Part shown: positions 62,382 through 64,000 of the stretch, piece by piece
How positions within the stretch are numbered: the first letter of the stretch is position 1
How the letters are laid out: every line of letters starts with the position of its first letter
NCBI RefSeq assembly: GCF_011386835.1
Contig: NC_088801.1
Span: 10,540,001 to 10,604,000 of the forward strand
Length of the DNA stretch: 64,000 nucleotides
Reading direction: 5' to 3'
Source: Chrysemys picta bellii
Taxonomy: Eukaryota
Made by a program: the position numbers and the translations under genes
Notes under the pieces: generated by a model
The model's database searches: none
What the model saw: the letters and a program-made list of their open reading frames with translations, nothing else
Told to the model about the DNA's origin: nothing

Positions 62382-63284
62382 TGACAAACTGCTCTTTTGA
62401 AAATCCCACCTTTATTGATGTTTGGAACACAGGTAACTAGTGTTTGAAGTTGGGCTGTACCTAAAAGCAGATTAATGTTGTTTCATGTTTCCTTTTAAAA
62501 AGGGAACATCATTTTTGTTCAACTTCTGAATCAAACTCCATCTGAATTTTAATCACTTCAGTCTTTAAACTTAGAGCACAACTGACATGCAGTCTTTAAA
62601 GTTCCTTTTGAATGGCCACAAATCAAGCCAAACATGAAGATGTCCAGAGTCAAGAAAGTGAAATGAATTACCCTTTGCACAGTGAAAAACACAGAGAAAC
62701 CTGTCTTAAGTCACTACTCAAGAGACCAGCAAAAATCTGCAGCCAAGTAGAAATGGCCTTTAATGAAATGTCAAAGCTAGAAACCACATGGGGATACTTT
62801 AAAGCATTTGCTTAAAGAGTGGCTGGACTCTGAGAAGTGATTCTGTGGAAAACGTATTGTGCATTCCAAATTTATTGTCTTTCACTGATTCCAGATCAGA
62901 TTTCCTCAGTTTTCAAGTAAAAACAGTTTTTTCTCATGCCCAACCCTGCAAACTCAACCTAAGATCTGAAAGTCAAACTGGGTCCTTTCTTTTTCGCACA
63001 TAATTACCATTAACACTGACCTAACGGAGTGAATTGGAGTTGTAATTAAGGTGCAACTGATGTGTACGCTGACTAGAGTGTATGTACACCACTGCCCTCT
63101 AGTGGGTGGAATCAGAACTGCTCAACTGAGTATCCTAGGCGTTATACTGCTAATAGAGATTCTCTTTTAGCACAAGAGATAGGATCATCTGTGTTTGGGG
63201 CAAGAAGATGTCAGTTCTATCCCTGCTACTACGGCGAAGTTCTGAGAAATCATGGCATGCAGCACGGTGGTAACTGAAGTCTTA

Positions 63285-63541
63285 GGGCTTGTCTTCACTA
63301 CCAGGGAGATCAACGCTGCTGAGTGTCGATTTAGCGGGTCTAGTGAAATCGATGGCAGAGCGCTCTCCGGCCAACTCTGGTACTCCAGCTCCCCGAGAAG
63401 AGTAAAGTAAGCCGGCGGGAGAGCATCTCCCGTCGACACAACGCAGTGAAGACACCGCGTTAAGTCAACCTAAGCTACGTTATTTATGTAGCTGGAGTAG
63501 CGTAACTTATGTCGACCCACCCCACTAGTCTAGACAAGGCC
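63285..63541. mobile_element. PIF/Harbinger MITE
   Basis: TIRs gggcttgtcttcacta / tagtctagacaaggcc; 3-bp TSD TTA at 63282-63284 and 63542-63544. Confidence 0.85.
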
Positions 63542-64000
63542 TTAGATTTTCTCAGCTTTGTTACAATATAGAGGATGGTCAATGTGGGTGAGCTAATGCA
63601 TCTTAATTCTGGAATTCCCTCACTTCTATGTGCTTGACTGATCAGCCCTAACACTGCATTAACACTAGCTCTTAGCGTTTCATCTACGTTAACTTCAGAC
63701 CCATCCTTCCCGCTGCTACATATTTATAACCTTGAAAGTGAATGCACTGCCCTGGATGAAACACCCTTTAGTGTTTGGGCTGTGAATGCCTCTTACCGCT
63801 CTTCTCTGCTCTGTCCCACACAGACCCTGCCCCCATACCGCGGAGCAGGGTTGCTGCACGATCTCTGACGGACCTGAAAGCCAATCCCACAGGAGGTGCT
63901 GCACTGGGCCCAGGCGGACCAGGGTGTCCAAGCTCCATTTCTGACAGAGAAAAGGGAGGGGGCAGATGAGAAAACAGGCTATTTGGGTTAATTACAATTC

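Noticed and set aside
60961-64000. Next upstream SEMA5B exon
   Set aside because: No matching TSP1-coding sequence found; it must lie beyond the window

Overview
Vertebrate nuclear DNA, very probably a cryptodiran turtle (inferred from tortoise-type tRNA-derived SINEs sharing a CR1 tail, plus turtle-like CR1, DIRS and Penelope repeats). Two genes lie tail-to-tail. The last coding exon of SLC49A4/DIRC2 is on + (2459-2574). Eight 3' coding exons of SEMA5B are on - (60960 down to 28309), covering TSP1 repeats, the transmembrane segment and the cytoplasmic tail; splice phases are consistent across all eight. The rest is a dense, nested transposon landscape: four decayed DIRS tyrosine-recombinase retrotransposons (three still show ITR+ICR architecture), CR1 fragments, three young SINEs, MIR-like SINEs, solo LTRs and hAT/Harbinger MITEs. 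The most notable observations are (i) three very short Penelope-derived insertions, two carrying recognisable minimal hammerhead ribozyme motifs, suggesting a retrozyme-like mini-element, and (ii) a perfect 50-bp inverted copy of nearby DNA fused to the 5' end of a SINE. All calls were made by eye; no searches were run.
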